In this document: in pieces, positions 29,709 through 38,899 of the stretch
How positions within the stretch are numbered: the first letter of the stretch is position 1
Layout: every line of letters starts with the position of its first letter
Position numbers and translations under genes: made by a program
The notes under the pieces: generated by a model
The model's input: only the letters and a program-made list of their open reading frames with translations
The model's database searches: none
What the model was told of the DNA's origin: nothing
NCBI GenBank assembly: GCA_039588295.1
Contig: JBDHAB010000004.1
Coordinates: 143,006-207,005, forward strand
Origin: Gemmatimonadota bacterium
Lineage (GTDB): Bacteria > Gemmatimonadota > Gemmatimonadetes > Gemmatimonadales > GWC2-71-9
Direction: 5' to 3'
DNA length: 64,000 nucleotides

Positions 29709-30952
29709 GGTTACTGAGGCTGCTTGTGGAGATACTAGGATGTGTTGTACTGCTTCCAGCGGCATGGATAAGGCGCGCGATGGGCCGCAAGTCGGGTCAG
29801 CGAATTGCCATCGTTGGCTGGTATGGATCTGAAACGGTCGGGGACGTCGCGATACTTGGGCAGGTGTTGAGCGAGTGGCGGCACGTCCTGCCACGGGTCA
29901 CCATCACGATCGTCAGTTTCGCACCGAAGATCACGCAGCGCTCGCTCGATGATATCGATGAGCGGAAGGCACTTATTGCTGGAGAGGGTCTTGCCAGTTG
30001 CTGGGCTCTGGTCATGGCGGATTGGCTGGTATTCGGTGGCGGGCCTCTCATGCAGAGCCCAACGACGTTCCTGTGGCTGGCTCGGGTAATCGCGGTGAAG
30101 GTGGCGGGCGGTCAAGTTGTCGTGCACGGCTGTGGAGTAGGACCGATCCGGACTGCTGCAATGTGTCTGGCGGCATCAATGATCCTGCACCGGGCGGATC
30201 TGATAATGCTGCGTGACCGCACGATTGAGCAGTGGCTCCCGAGGTTTGCAGGTTCGTACCACGTCGTGTTTGACCCGGCATTCGACTATGTCAGAAGCAT
30301 GTGTGAGTCGGAGCCCCGCGCGGATTCGGGACAACGATCACAGCGGGTGCTCGCCTTGTTTCTGCGATGGCCGTCAAAGCAGTACTTGGAGAGGGGAACC
30401 CTGCCTGAGGATCTCGTCGACACGATCGTTCAGGCCCTCATTTCGCTTACAGACCAGATGAATCTTCTCCTGCGCGCGTGCGTGATGCACGCGGACTACC
30501 CGGAAAGCGATGACCGCCGCATTTATCAGCATCTTCGGCGCTCTCTACGTCGTGGTGTCACACTCGACCTGTCGTCGGAGCGACAAGCGCTGCGAGACAT
30601 CGTGCATGCCGCCCGAAGTAGTGATGCCGTACTTGCAATTCGGTATCATGGATTGGTGATCGCGCTCGCCACGGGCACGCCGTTTCTGGCGGTTGATTAT
30701 ACAGAACCGTGGGGCAAAACGAGGTCGACCGCCGAGCGCGTGGGCATGAGCGACCATGTCTTGTCGTGGACGCAGTCGACTGCCGCAACGATTGCGGATG
30801 AGTTGGCGAGCGTTTTGGCTCACGAGGCTCACCGGGAACAAGCGCGAGTGTTGGATGAGGATTTTGTGGGTCAACGCGTGGAGCTGCTGCAGATGCTTGT
30901 TGAGCGACGGAGAGACGGAGGTTACGAGGCGCGTGCCATGAGGTCTTCGTAG
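29705..30952 (+). CDS. Polysaccharide pyruvyl transferase family protein (CsaB-like)
   Basis: GWYGSETVGDVAIL, FGGG, GCGVGP, LRD, DPAF, RYHGLVIA. Confidence 0.82.
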   Translation: MRLLRLLVEILGCVVLLPAAWIRRAMGRKSGQRIAIVGWYGSETVGDVAILGQVLSEWRHVLPRVTITIVSFAPKITQRSLDDIDERKALIAGEGLASCWALVMADWLVFGGGPLMQSPTTFLWLARVIAVKVAGGQVVVHGCGVGPIRTAAMCLAASMILHRADLIMLRDRTIEQWLPRFAGSYHVVFDPAFDYVRSMCESEPRADSGQRSQRVLALFLRWPSKQYLERGTLPEDLVDTIVQALISLTDQMNLLLRACVMHADYPESDDRRIYQHLRRSLRRGVTLDLSSERQALRDIVHAARSSDAVLAIRYHGLVIALATGTPFLAVDYTEPWGKTRSTAERVGMSDHVLSWTQSTAATIADELASVLAHEAHREQARVLDEDFVGQRVELLQMLVERRRDGGYEARAMRSS

Positions 30953-32073
30953 AGTCGCTCGTACTCAGTAATCTGGCGCTCTAGCGTGAATTGCCGTGCC
31001 ACCGTGAGCCGTCCCTGTTCTCCCATGGCGTGTGCCAAGGCCGGCTCCCGCAGGATTGCGAGACATCGCCCGGCCATACCCGCAGGATCATCCAATTCGG
31101 TGAGATACCCATTCACCCCATCTCTGATCACCTCAGGGTGACCGCTGACTCTGGTGGCCACGCACGGAAGACCGTTGGCGAAGGCCTCGAGTATCACCAT
31201 CGGAAGACCCTCACATGCAGACGGTATCAGCAGAACAGACGAAGACCTGTACAGGGGTGTTATGTTGCGGGACCGCAGCTTGCCCACCCAATGCACAGCT
31301 CCCGCTTGCCCCAGCTCCTCGAAGAGTGCCACTACGTGCGGCACCTCGGACGGCTCCACTCCGACGATGTTGAGCGTAACGTCAGCGCGCTTCTGTCGGA
31401 TACGTTGGAGCACAGAGGGCAAAACAGTGATGCGTTTTCGGTGAGTCGAGTTTCCTACATAGAGGATGGCCGTGGTGCTGCGCAGGGGGGAGGGTTCCAG
31501 AGGCGCGGTGTCGGTGATCGATGGTACTGCGTTGTAAATTATGGTCGCGCTACGGCCCTTCGTCTCACCAAGCACATCGCAAGCCGAACTGCGGGAGATG
31601 AATGACTCTGCGTCAGCCATCTTCAGCATGGCCCAATCCGACACCCGATGTAGCGTTGTGGTTAAGAACCGGTATCGAAGGTTCGCTAGGCTACGCCCAT
31701 AGAGGCGTCCATCGATCCGGTAGGGCCGATGCGCCTCCGCAAAGGCACGAAAGCTCACGTGAAACGTCGCGAGAATCGGAGTTCTGATTCCCATACTCCA
31801 CATCCCGAGTGTAAACAGCAGCGCCTCACCATTGTGGCAGTGTACAACGTCAAATGCCCGCGCGCGTGATGCCAGCAGGGCAGTGCGGATGATCCATCCA
31901 GCCGCCGTCTTCGAGACGCGCTCAACCGTCGGATCATCTACGCTGGTCCCTGCCGCTATTACGCATGACTCATGTCCTCGCTCTAGTAGTCCACTGTGTA
32001 GATGCGCGACCACCTCGCCTACGCCGCCTATCCGATCTGGAGGTAGGTAGGGCACAACATGGAGGATTCGCAT
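30922..32073 (-). CDS. GT4 glycosyltransferase
   Basis: MRILHV, IGGVG, EGLPMVILEAFANGLPCVAT. Confidence 0.9.
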   Translation of the reverse strand: MRILHVVPYLPPDRIGGVGEVVAHLHSGLLERGHESCVIAAGTSVDDPTVERVSKTAAGWIIRTALLASRARAFDVVHCHNGEALLFTLGMWSMGIRTPILATFHVSFRAFAEAHRPYRIDGRLYGRSLANLRYRFLTTTLHRVSDWAMLKMADAESFISRSSACDVLGETKGRSATIIYNAVPSITDTAPLEPSPLRSTTAILYVGNSTHRKRITVLPSVLQRIRQKRADVTLNIVGVEPSEVPHVVALFEELGQAGAVHWVGKLRSRNITPLYRSSSVLLIPSACEGLPMVILEAFANGLPCVATRVSGHPEVIRDGVNGYLTELDDPAGMAGRCLAILREPALAHAMGEQGRLTVARQFTLERQITEYERLYEDLMARAS

Positions 32074-32082
32074 TGCCCGAAC

Positions 32083-32811
32083 CTAACTCGGCATTATTGA
32101 GGGCTTGCTGGCCACCAGCACGTGGTCGCATGGGTAAAGCGTCGCCATGCCGACCAACCGATCCAGGAGGCCGAGGAGACGCACGAGAATCAGATAGTTA
32201 GCCAGCCACACCGGCCAGCGCAGCAGCGGCAGGCTCCCGAGCGTGCTCATGATGAGCGCACTCGCGCCATGGCCGAGGAAGCACAAGAGCCCGCCCGTCG
32301 GCGTGATCTCAAGCACCTCCAGGTCGGCCCGCCGGCACAGCGCTTCAAGCCCGTAGCGGGTGTACCGGTAGTAGTCATGCGGTGCCTCGTGGACCACCGA
32401 GAGGTGCGGCACACTCAGGATGGTGACGCCGCCCGGTTTCAACACCCGCGCAATTTCGCCCATCGCGTCCCACGGCCTCGGCACGTGCTCGACTACCTGG
32501 CTGCACAGGACGGTGTCGATCGACTCGTCGCCGATCTCCGACATGCGCTGAAGGTCCGCGATGACGTCGACGTCGCCCGAGCGATTCTCCACGTCGACCG
32601 AGAGGACTTCCAACCCCACGGTGGTCAGGAGTCGCTTGTACGGGGATCGGCCAGAGCCCGCATCCAGGCAGCGACCGTGCGCGTGTGCCGAAATCTGCCG
32701 GCGCACCGCGGCGTTAAGCCGCGCGCGGGCGAGGGAGAGGGTGTGCAGGAGCCCCCGAGAGGCGAGGGCCTCCTCGATGCGCTGCCTGCCGCGCTGCAGG
32801 AAGCGGGTCAC
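32083..32811 (-). CDS. Class I SAM-dependent methyltransferase
   Basis: CLDAGSGRSPY, DTVLCSQVVEHV, RVLKPGG, HEAPHDYYRYT; GTG start inferred. Confidence 0.85.
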   Translation of the reverse strand: MTRFLQRGRQRIEEALASRGLLHTLSLARARLNAAVRRQISAHAHGRCLDAGSGRSPYKRLLTTVGLEVLSVDVENRSGDVDVIADLQRMSEIGDESIDTVLCSQVVEHVPRPWDAMGEIARVLKPGGVTILSVPHLSVVHEAPHDYYRYTRYGLEALCRRADLEVLEITPTGGLLCFLGHGASALIMSTLGSLPLLRWPVWLANYLILVRLLGLLDRLVGMATLYPCDHVLVASKPSIMPS

Positions 32812-32857
32812 GGTGGACGGAGACTGCTGCGCAGGGGTGCGTGCGGATGCCGGGTCC

Positions 32858-33633
32858 TCATCTCGCCGCGGGCTGCAGCGAGCCACCGCCGTGCGATGCA
32901 TGACACTCCGTGCACTTCCCCCCAGGGCCATGTGCCGGGGCCGCTGCCGCCGCGGCAGCCCGTGACAGACGGCGGCGACCTGCGCTCGCGCCGACCGTCG
33001 ACAGCCCGCTGGCCGAGTGGCACGACTGGCACTGCAGGTCGGGCGTGCTCTCGCGCAAGAGCCGCGTGCCCGGCTGACCGTGGTGCAGGTCGTGACAGTC
33101 CGAGCACGCGAGGGAAACGTGCTCGTGGGTCGCATACTCCGACGAGCTGTGGCACCCGGCGCAGATCATGCGCTGTTCGCTCGCGTCGGGGATCGGCGAC
33201 AGCCGGTCGTGCGGGTCGTGACAGTCGGTACACTCGATCACCGCGGACTGCGACGCCAGTTGCAGCGGCGAGCGCAGGTACCGGCGCGACGCCCGCCGCC
33301 GCCCGGTGGGCTGCGGTATGCTCACCTCCACATCGCCGAGCGGGTGAACCCCTACGCCGGTCGGCCCGAGGTACCGCGCGCCGTCGGATTGGCGGACGGC
33401 CGTGAGTGCGGGGAGGCCGGGTTGCTGCTGACGGAGGCTCTCGTTGAGGTGAGGGAGCCTTCGCCGAGTCGCAGCGTCGCCCTGGTCGGCCGTCCCACGT
33501 GGGCGGCGTGGCAGTAGTCGCACGAACTGAGTTCTCCCACACCCTCGGTCTCCGCCACCTGAGGATGCTGACCCTGGGCGGAGGTGGGAACGAGGGCCAC
33601 CACCGGCAGCCACGCGAGCCTGGCTATCCGCAA
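32858..33633 (-). pseudogene. Multiheme cytochrome c split across two frames (at least 6 CxxCH)
   Basis: Signal plus CDYCH in ORF 33352-33633; CTDCH, CAGCH, CSDCH, CQSCH, CTECH in ORF 32858-33613. Frame switch near 33430. Confidence 0.75.
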
Positions 33634-33634
33634 G

Positions 33635-35539
33635 CTAGAACCGCCTCCGGACCCAGATTGTGACCCGGTTATCCGCCCGGCCGACTACGTCGTTCCAGGT
33701 ACGCGCCTGGAAATCCGCGGCGACGGTGACGAGTGCCACGGTCAGCGTGGCACCGATGCCGCCACCGATGTTCCGGCGGGTGTCGTCGGTAGCCAGCCGG
33801 GTGACGCTCCACGCCCCGAGGTGGGCGCGTGTGCGGAGCCAGCGCAGCCCCTCCCAGTTGGCACCACCCGAAATGTTGAGGGTGCGGGCCAGATTGCCGG
33901 GATCGCCCGACCAGCTCATGCCCCCACCCAGCCCGACCCGGACCTGCTGAGGCAGGCGGACGTTGATGCCACCGCTCACCGACGTGGCGCTGAAGGCGTA
34001 GTCGCCACTGGTTCTGCGGATCCGCGTCACGGCCACTCTCCCGGACCCCAGCGGAACGGAACCCGCGATGCGCAACCCGAACTCCAGCTCGCTGAGGTCC
34101 CGGAGGAAGAGGCCGCCCGTGCTGCCGGATGGGAGTTCCGACAGCGGCTCCGCCCGGCGCAGCCGCACGAACGTTTCCGCGGGGCCAACCGACGCCCGGG
34201 CGTTGGCCGAGAGGGTGAGATGATCGAGTGGCCCACTCGCAGGTGAGGCGTACGCGTAGTCGACCTGGACGGTATCGCCGGGGGCGATCCGGCTCGCCGG
34301 AGCGAGGGTCACCAGCGTAAACGCACCGCTTGGAAGCAACTCGTAATCCAGTCCCGCTTCGTAGAGGATGGCCCGGTCCCCGCTGAAGATGCGAACCGAG
34401 GCAGCCTCCACCCTGGGATTCTCGAGCAGGAAGCTCCCGTCCGCGCCGACGACGCGCTCTTCCCCCACCACGTCGGCCAGCCCCTCGTCCGTGGCCTCCG
34501 CCTGTCCGCGGAGGTATTGGACCGATCCGCCGCCGCCCAGTCGGACGGAGCCGAACAGACGGTAGCCGAAGCCCACCGACTGCCCAACCGACAGCTCCCG
34601 TTGCCGCTCGATCCGGCCCCGCACCCACCGCGAGGAGACGTTGCTGCGACCCACGAGCCCGGGACCGACAGGGTACGACATGCCGTATCCCGCACTCCAA
34701 ACCGATCGCCCTGCTGCGTCGGATCGGGTGTTGCGATATTGGAACGAAAGGCTCGACTGCACTCTTTGGGCATGCCGGATGCGGCCGATCTCGGACCACT
34801 GCAGGCTCCGCCGACCTAGGCCGTCCACGAAGCTCAACCTGGAGCTCCAGGAGCTGCCCCGGCCCCAGCCGTGTCGATGTCCCAGGCTGGCCACCCACTG
34901 CGCGTCCTTGCGGTTGCTCGCCTGTGTCCACCAGAAGCGCTGCACGAGCAATTGCGTCTTGCGATTGCGCGCCTCCAGCGCGAGTGAGCGGTTCGTGAAG
35001 GTCAGGGGCGAACCGGTGGTAAACCCCTCCGTCTCCGCCTTGTGGCGGTACAACAGCTTCGTCGGCAGACCGGGCAACTGCGCGTCGAAACGGGCTCCAT
35101 AGTATGAAACCCATCGCTCCGTTTCAAAGCCGGTCCGATCCTGCCGGACGGTGGTGCTCCGACCGCCATTCAGCGTCAGCCAGTATGGCCGGCTGTTCTG
35201 GAGAACGTTCGCATGCGCCGACCATCCGAAGTCGCGCAGGGAGGAGGACTCGGTGCTCGTGCCCCCGATCTGCGTCCACTGCGGTTGCAGGGTGACGCCG
35301 AACCGGAACGCGCCGGGATGGAGGATGACGCCGTCCACTTCGAGCGACGCGAACTCCGTCGTCTGGAGGTTGTAGGCTCCGGCGGGGAAGGTCTGGTCGC
35401 TTTTCCAGTTTCGGAGCAGTCGTGCACCGATGCTCCCCCTCACGTCCGTGAGGGAGAACCACGTCTGAGCGGAAACGGGTTCCGCCGTGCTCCCCAGAGT
35501 TCCCAGGAGGAAGAACCATGCGAGCAGGCCGTGTCTCAT
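33635..35539 (-). CDS. Large outer-membrane beta-barrel protein of a multiheme cytochrome cluster
   Basis: Signal peptide, many amphipathic beta-strands, internal beta-rich insertion (YEAGLDY...VQVDY), C-terminal VRRRF; overlaps the upstream cytochrome stop. Confidence 0.7.
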   Translation of the reverse strand: MRHGLLAWFFLLGTLGSTAEPVSAQTWFSLTDVRGSIGARLLRNWKSDQTFPAGAYNLQTTEFASLEVDGVILHPGAFRFGVTLQPQWTQIGGTSTESSSLRDFGWSAHANVLQNSRPYWLTLNGGRSTTVRQDRTGFETERWVSYYGARFDAQLPGLPTKLLYRHKAETEGFTTGSPLTFTNRSLALEARNRKTQLLVQRFWWTQASNRKDAQWVASLGHRHGWGRGSSWSSRLSFVDGLGRRSLQWSEIGRIRHAQRVQSSLSFQYRNTRSDAAGRSVWSAGYGMSYPVGPGLVGRSNVSSRWVRGRIERQRELSVGQSVGFGYRLFGSVRLGGGGSVQYLRGQAEATDEGLADVVGEERVVGADGSFLLENPRVEAASVRIFSGDRAILYEAGLDYELLPSGAFTLVTLAPASRIAPGDTVQVDYAYASPASGPLDHLTLSANARASVGPAETFVRLRRAEPLSELPSGSTGGLFLRDLSELEFGLRIAGSVPLGSGRVAVTRIRRTSGDYAFSATSVSGGINVRLPQQVRVGLGGGMSWSGDPGNLARTLNISGGANWEGLRWLRTRAHLGAWSVTRLATDDTRRNIGGGIGATLTVALVTVAADFQARTWNDVVGRADNRVTIWVRRRF

Positions 35540-36426
35540 TGAGCGTTCGCCGGTGCCTCGGTGGGGGCGGTGTGGCACCTGGTGCAATCCACGAGGTCGA
35601 AGGCGACCTCGCCATCATGACAGGCACCGCAGGCGGCGCCGTCTCGCATGGCCGCCATGGTGAGCGTGTCCGAGCCGGCGCGCATGGCAAAGAGGGATGG
35701 GTGACATGCGGTACACCGGTACCGGATGCGGTGGCGCCAATGGGGGAAGCGGGCATGGGGGAACGCCGCCTCCACGTTCTCGTCGACGCCGTGGCGCGCA
35801 AGCACGACGTCTTTGCCCAGCGGGTTGGTGATGGGCTCGAACGCAGGCATGCCCTCGTGGCACCGCACGCAGGTCGACGTTGCGAATGACACCGGGCCGT
35901 GGCACTGCCCGCACGCCTCCCCGTTGTTGATCAACGCCATGGTGACGGGCTCACCCCGGTAGCGCACGATGGCCGGATGGCAGCCATCGCACCCAACCCA
36001 CTGGACGTGGGAGGAATGGGGGAACCGTGCATCGAACATCGGATCCGGGCCTTTGTAGAGGAAATCGAATCCGAACGCGTGCTGATCGGCGCCATCCGGC
36101 TCACCGGCGACCGACCAGCGCGGGTCGATCACGCCGCGACGGAGGGCCTCCATCCAATCAACCCCGTCCGCCACGTCGCGCGGCAGCAGGGCGAGAACGC
36201 TGTCCCGCGCCGTCACCCGTTCGATGGCGGGCCGGTCGGCAACCGTGTCACTTGGGATGCTGCGGGAGACAATGCCCGGCGCTGTCTGGGAGGTCTCGGG
36301 CTCCTGGGGCAGGTCGAGCAGAACGGCCGCCGCCGTCGAGCAGCCCGCCAGGAGTGCTGCCGCCACCACGGTGCATGCAGCCCGTCCTCCAAATCGAGAC
36401 CCGGATGTGGATGCAACTCGTGTCAT
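35536..36426 (-). CDS. Hexaheme lipoprotein cytochrome c with two c7-type triheme domains
   Basis: Lipobox LAGC; FPHxxH motifs; CDGCH, CGQCH, CVRCH, CTACH, CGACH, CTRCH. Confidence 0.9.
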   Translation of the reverse strand: MTRVASTSGSRFGGRAACTVVAAALLAGCSTAAAVLLDLPQEPETSQTAPGIVSRSIPSDTVADRPAIERVTARDSVLALLPRDVADGVDWMEALRRGVIDPRWSVAGEPDGADQHAFGFDFLYKGPDPMFDARFPHSSHVQWVGCDGCHPAIVRYRGEPVTMALINNGEACGQCHGPVSFATSTCVRCHEGMPAFEPITNPLGKDVVLARHGVDENVEAAFPHARFPHWRHRIRYRCTACHPSLFAMRAGSDTLTMAAMRDGAACGACHDGEVAFDLVDCTRCHTAPTEAPANAQ

Positions 36427-36517
36427 CGCTCATCCCGCTTCGATCGGACAGCCCCGTGTGGTCCACCCGTCCCACCCGCTCGCCCCCAGCTGGATCCTGT
36501 CTCTTACCCCGATTTCA

Positions 36518-36534
36518 TGGCAAGATCATTGCCT
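36518..36534. promoter_or_regulatory. Candidate sigma-54 (-24/-12) promoter readable on both strands
   Basis: TGGCAAGATCATTGCCT on + and AGGCAATGATCTTGCCA on -, both GG-N10-GC, between divergent cytochrome operons. Confidence 0.5.
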
Positions 36535-36804
36535 CTTCCGTATAAAGCAATCGTGAACAGCGACTTAAGGCCCGGCGGAGGCCCCGATGAATGTGTTCTG
36601 GCACCGTGGCGTAGGTGCCACGGACGTTGCAGAATTGGGACGGAACCTATGTTAATACAGGCTTCATTAAATCTTTACGGCTGAGGGCGTACAGTCCCAC
36701 AGCCTCTAGGCAGAAAGAGTACGTAGGCGTTGGCAAAGGCCCGTATTGGGGCCCCAAGAGCGGCCTTTGCGAAGTGGTTAGGTCCATGGACTGGAGGAGG
36801 AGGT

Positions 36805-37458
36805 ATGAAGAGAACGCTTGTTTCAACGATGGTGGCGCTCGCAATGCCTGTTTTCGCGGCGTCGGCTTCGCCCCTGTGGAATGCGACCCTGTCGACGACG
36901 CCGTGGACGAGCTTGGCGGCCAGCCCGCACGACTTCACGGCGTCCAATCCGGATCCGACCTACGCCGCGATTGCCGCGACGAACAAGTGTGAGTCGTGTC
37001 ACCACCCTCACGAAGCGATTGGCGCCGCCTACGGTCCGCTGTGGAACCACAGCCTCAATTCAGGCGCCAACGCGTATACGATGTACGGTACCACCATCGC
37101 TGGCAACGACCCCACCAACAATGCGGTCGGCAACGCATCGCTCCGGTGCTTGGGCTGCCATGACGGCACGCTTCCGATCGATGCCTACGGCGGCAGCGCG
37201 GGCACCCCGACGCTCACGGTCGGCCTGGAGAAGTTCAGCAACCTGGCCGACGTGACAACCGATCTGACGGACGATCACCCGGTGGGGTACAACATTCCTC
37301 TTGGTACGGCGGGCTGGCAGGCCAATCTCACCGGTGCTTCTGCCACGGCCTACAGCGGCGACGTGGAGTGTGCCAGCTGCCACGATCCGCACGGCACGAC
37401 GTACGGCGTGAAGTTTCTGCGGGCTGCGGACTTCTGCACGGACTGCCACGACAAGTAG
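36805..37458 (+). CDS. Secreted tetraheme cytochrome c, OmcE-like (nanowire-forming family)
   Basis: Strong RBS GGAGGAGGAGG; SPHDF, CESCHHPH, PLWNH, YTMY, SLRCLGCHDG, DLTDDHPVG, VECASCHDPH, FLR, CTDCHDK. This motif order matches what I recall for Geobacter OmcE. Confidence 0.8.
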   Translation: MKRTLVSTMVALAMPVFAASASPLWNATLSTTPWTSLAASPHDFTASNPDPTYAAIAATNKCESCHHPHEAIGAAYGPLWNHSLNSGANAYTMYGTTIAGNDPTNNAVGNASLRCLGCHDGTLPIDAYGGSAGTPTLTVGLEKFSNLADVTTDLTDDHPVGYNIPLGTAGWQANLTGASATAYSGDVECASCHDPHGTTYGVKFLRAADFCTDCHDK

Positions 37459-37513
37459 GCAGGTCTGCCCTGGCACCGAAGCCGGGGAATGAGTACAATC
37501 GAGATGCGACGAT

Positions 37514-37542
37514 GGGGGTGGCCGAGGTTGGCCACCTTCTTC
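37514..37542 (+). terminator. Hairpin/terminator after the OmcE-like gene
   Basis: GGTGGCC / GGCCACC stem followed by TTCTTC. Confidence 0.5.
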
Positions 37543-37597
37543 GTATGGAGAATTGGCGAAGGCAGGGGATCGTCAGATGCTCGGGAGAAGCTATAGC

Positions 37598-38656
37598 ATG
37601 ATTCGGTTCGGTGGTCCGGTTCTGGCGATGGTGGTGGCTACGGCGTGTGCCAGCGGCGGCACCATGGAATACATCTTCTATCCGCCCCCGCCAGACACGG
37701 CCCGCTTCCAATTCCTCAGGGGCATCTCCTCGCTCGATGACGTCAAAGGCTCCGGGCGGTCCTTATTCGCGGCCATTGTGGGTGAAGAGAGGAAGGCGAG
37801 CCCGATCCGCATCATCCGGCCGTACGGGGTCTCTGTCGACAGTGGCCTGATTTACGTCTGCGACGTCAATCTGCCCGGCGTCTCGATCATCGATCTGGCC
37901 GAGAAGTCGATGCGGCAGGTCATGAGCCCGACCCTGCCGCGACCCAGTGCCTGTGTGGTGGATCGGGCGACCGGTCAGCTCTACATCGCCGATTCCGAGC
38001 GACAGGAGATAGTGATCATAGGGACGGACGGCATCTACGCCGGCGTCGTGGGAGACAGCCTGCGCGGGCCCGGCGGTGTCTACGTGACCGATGACCGGGT
38101 GTGGGTTACCGATATCGGAACGAAGCAGGTTCGCGTGTACGACAAGGCAACGCGCCAGCATCTGCGCGCATTCCCGGATCGGGGCCTCGAAAGAGACGAT
38201 CCGGCTCGGCTCCAGTGGCCCATGAGCCTGTCTGTGCATGGAGACCGCGTGTACGTCACCGACCAGTTCGCTGCGCACGTGAACGTCTATTCGACGGACG
38301 GGGCGTACGTCAGAACGATCGGGCGACGCGGGGTGAGTTTCGGGGCCTTCGACCTGCCCAAGGGTGTCGTCGTGGATCCCGCAGGCCGGGTCTATGTGGC
38401 GGACTTTCAGTTTCACCACGTCCAGGTGTTCGACGAGGAAGGGAGCGTGCTCACCTACTTCGGGGGTGGGGGTCGGGGGCGACCCGGATACCTGGGCGGG
38501 CCCATCGGCCTTGCCATCGACGACGTCAACCTTGAGTACTTTCGGGAGTACGTGCACCCGGACTTCGACCTGAAGTTTCTTATTTACGTGACGAATCAGG
38601 TCGGTGCCCAGAAGCTCTCGGTCTACGGGTTCGTCGAGCCGAAAGCGGGACGCTAG
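37598..38656 (+). CDS. NHL-repeat beta-propeller lipoprotein
   Basis: Lipobox TAC; FYPPPPDTARFQFL; repeats RPYGVSVD, WPMSL, LPKGVVVD, GPIGLAID. Confidence 0.88.
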   Translation: MIRFGGPVLAMVVATACASGGTMEYIFYPPPPDTARFQFLRGISSLDDVKGSGRSLFAAIVGEERKASPIRIIRPYGVSVDSGLIYVCDVNLPGVSIIDLAEKSMRQVMSPTLPRPSACVVDRATGQLYIADSERQEIVIIGTDGIYAGVVGDSLRGPGGVYVTDDRVWVTDIGTKQVRVYDKATRQHLRAFPDRGLERDDPARLQWPMSLSVHGDRVYVTDQFAAHVNVYSTDGAYVRTIGRRGVSFGAFDLPKGVVVDPAGRVYVADFQFHHVQVFDEEGSVLTYFGGGGRGRPGYLGGPIGLAIDDVNLEYFREYVHPDFDLKFLIYVTNQVGAQKLSVYGFVEPKAGR

Positions 38657-38899
38657 ACCCTAGCGCCGACCTGCGGCGGATGTTGCACGTCGGCACTCGG
38701 GCCATCGATCCGAAGCACGTTCGGCTGCGGGCCCGAATGGCGCCGGTAAAGGTCACCCCAGCCACGTGGCGTGGATCGACCCAGGTGCCATCCTCGAACT
38801 CCCAGCCGTTGGCTCCAGCAGTCTCCACCGCATTGACGACTCATAACTGACCGTCTCGCGCAAGCAGCGGAAACACGGCCTGGCCAGGAGGGCCGGACG

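Noticed and set aside
36690..36800. c-di-GMP-I/GEMM riboswitch upstream of the OmcE-like gene, as seen for Geobacter cytochrome genes
   Set aside because: GGCAAA and a hairpin are present, but the GNRA-capped P2 followed by ACGCAAA and the P3 layout could not be found.
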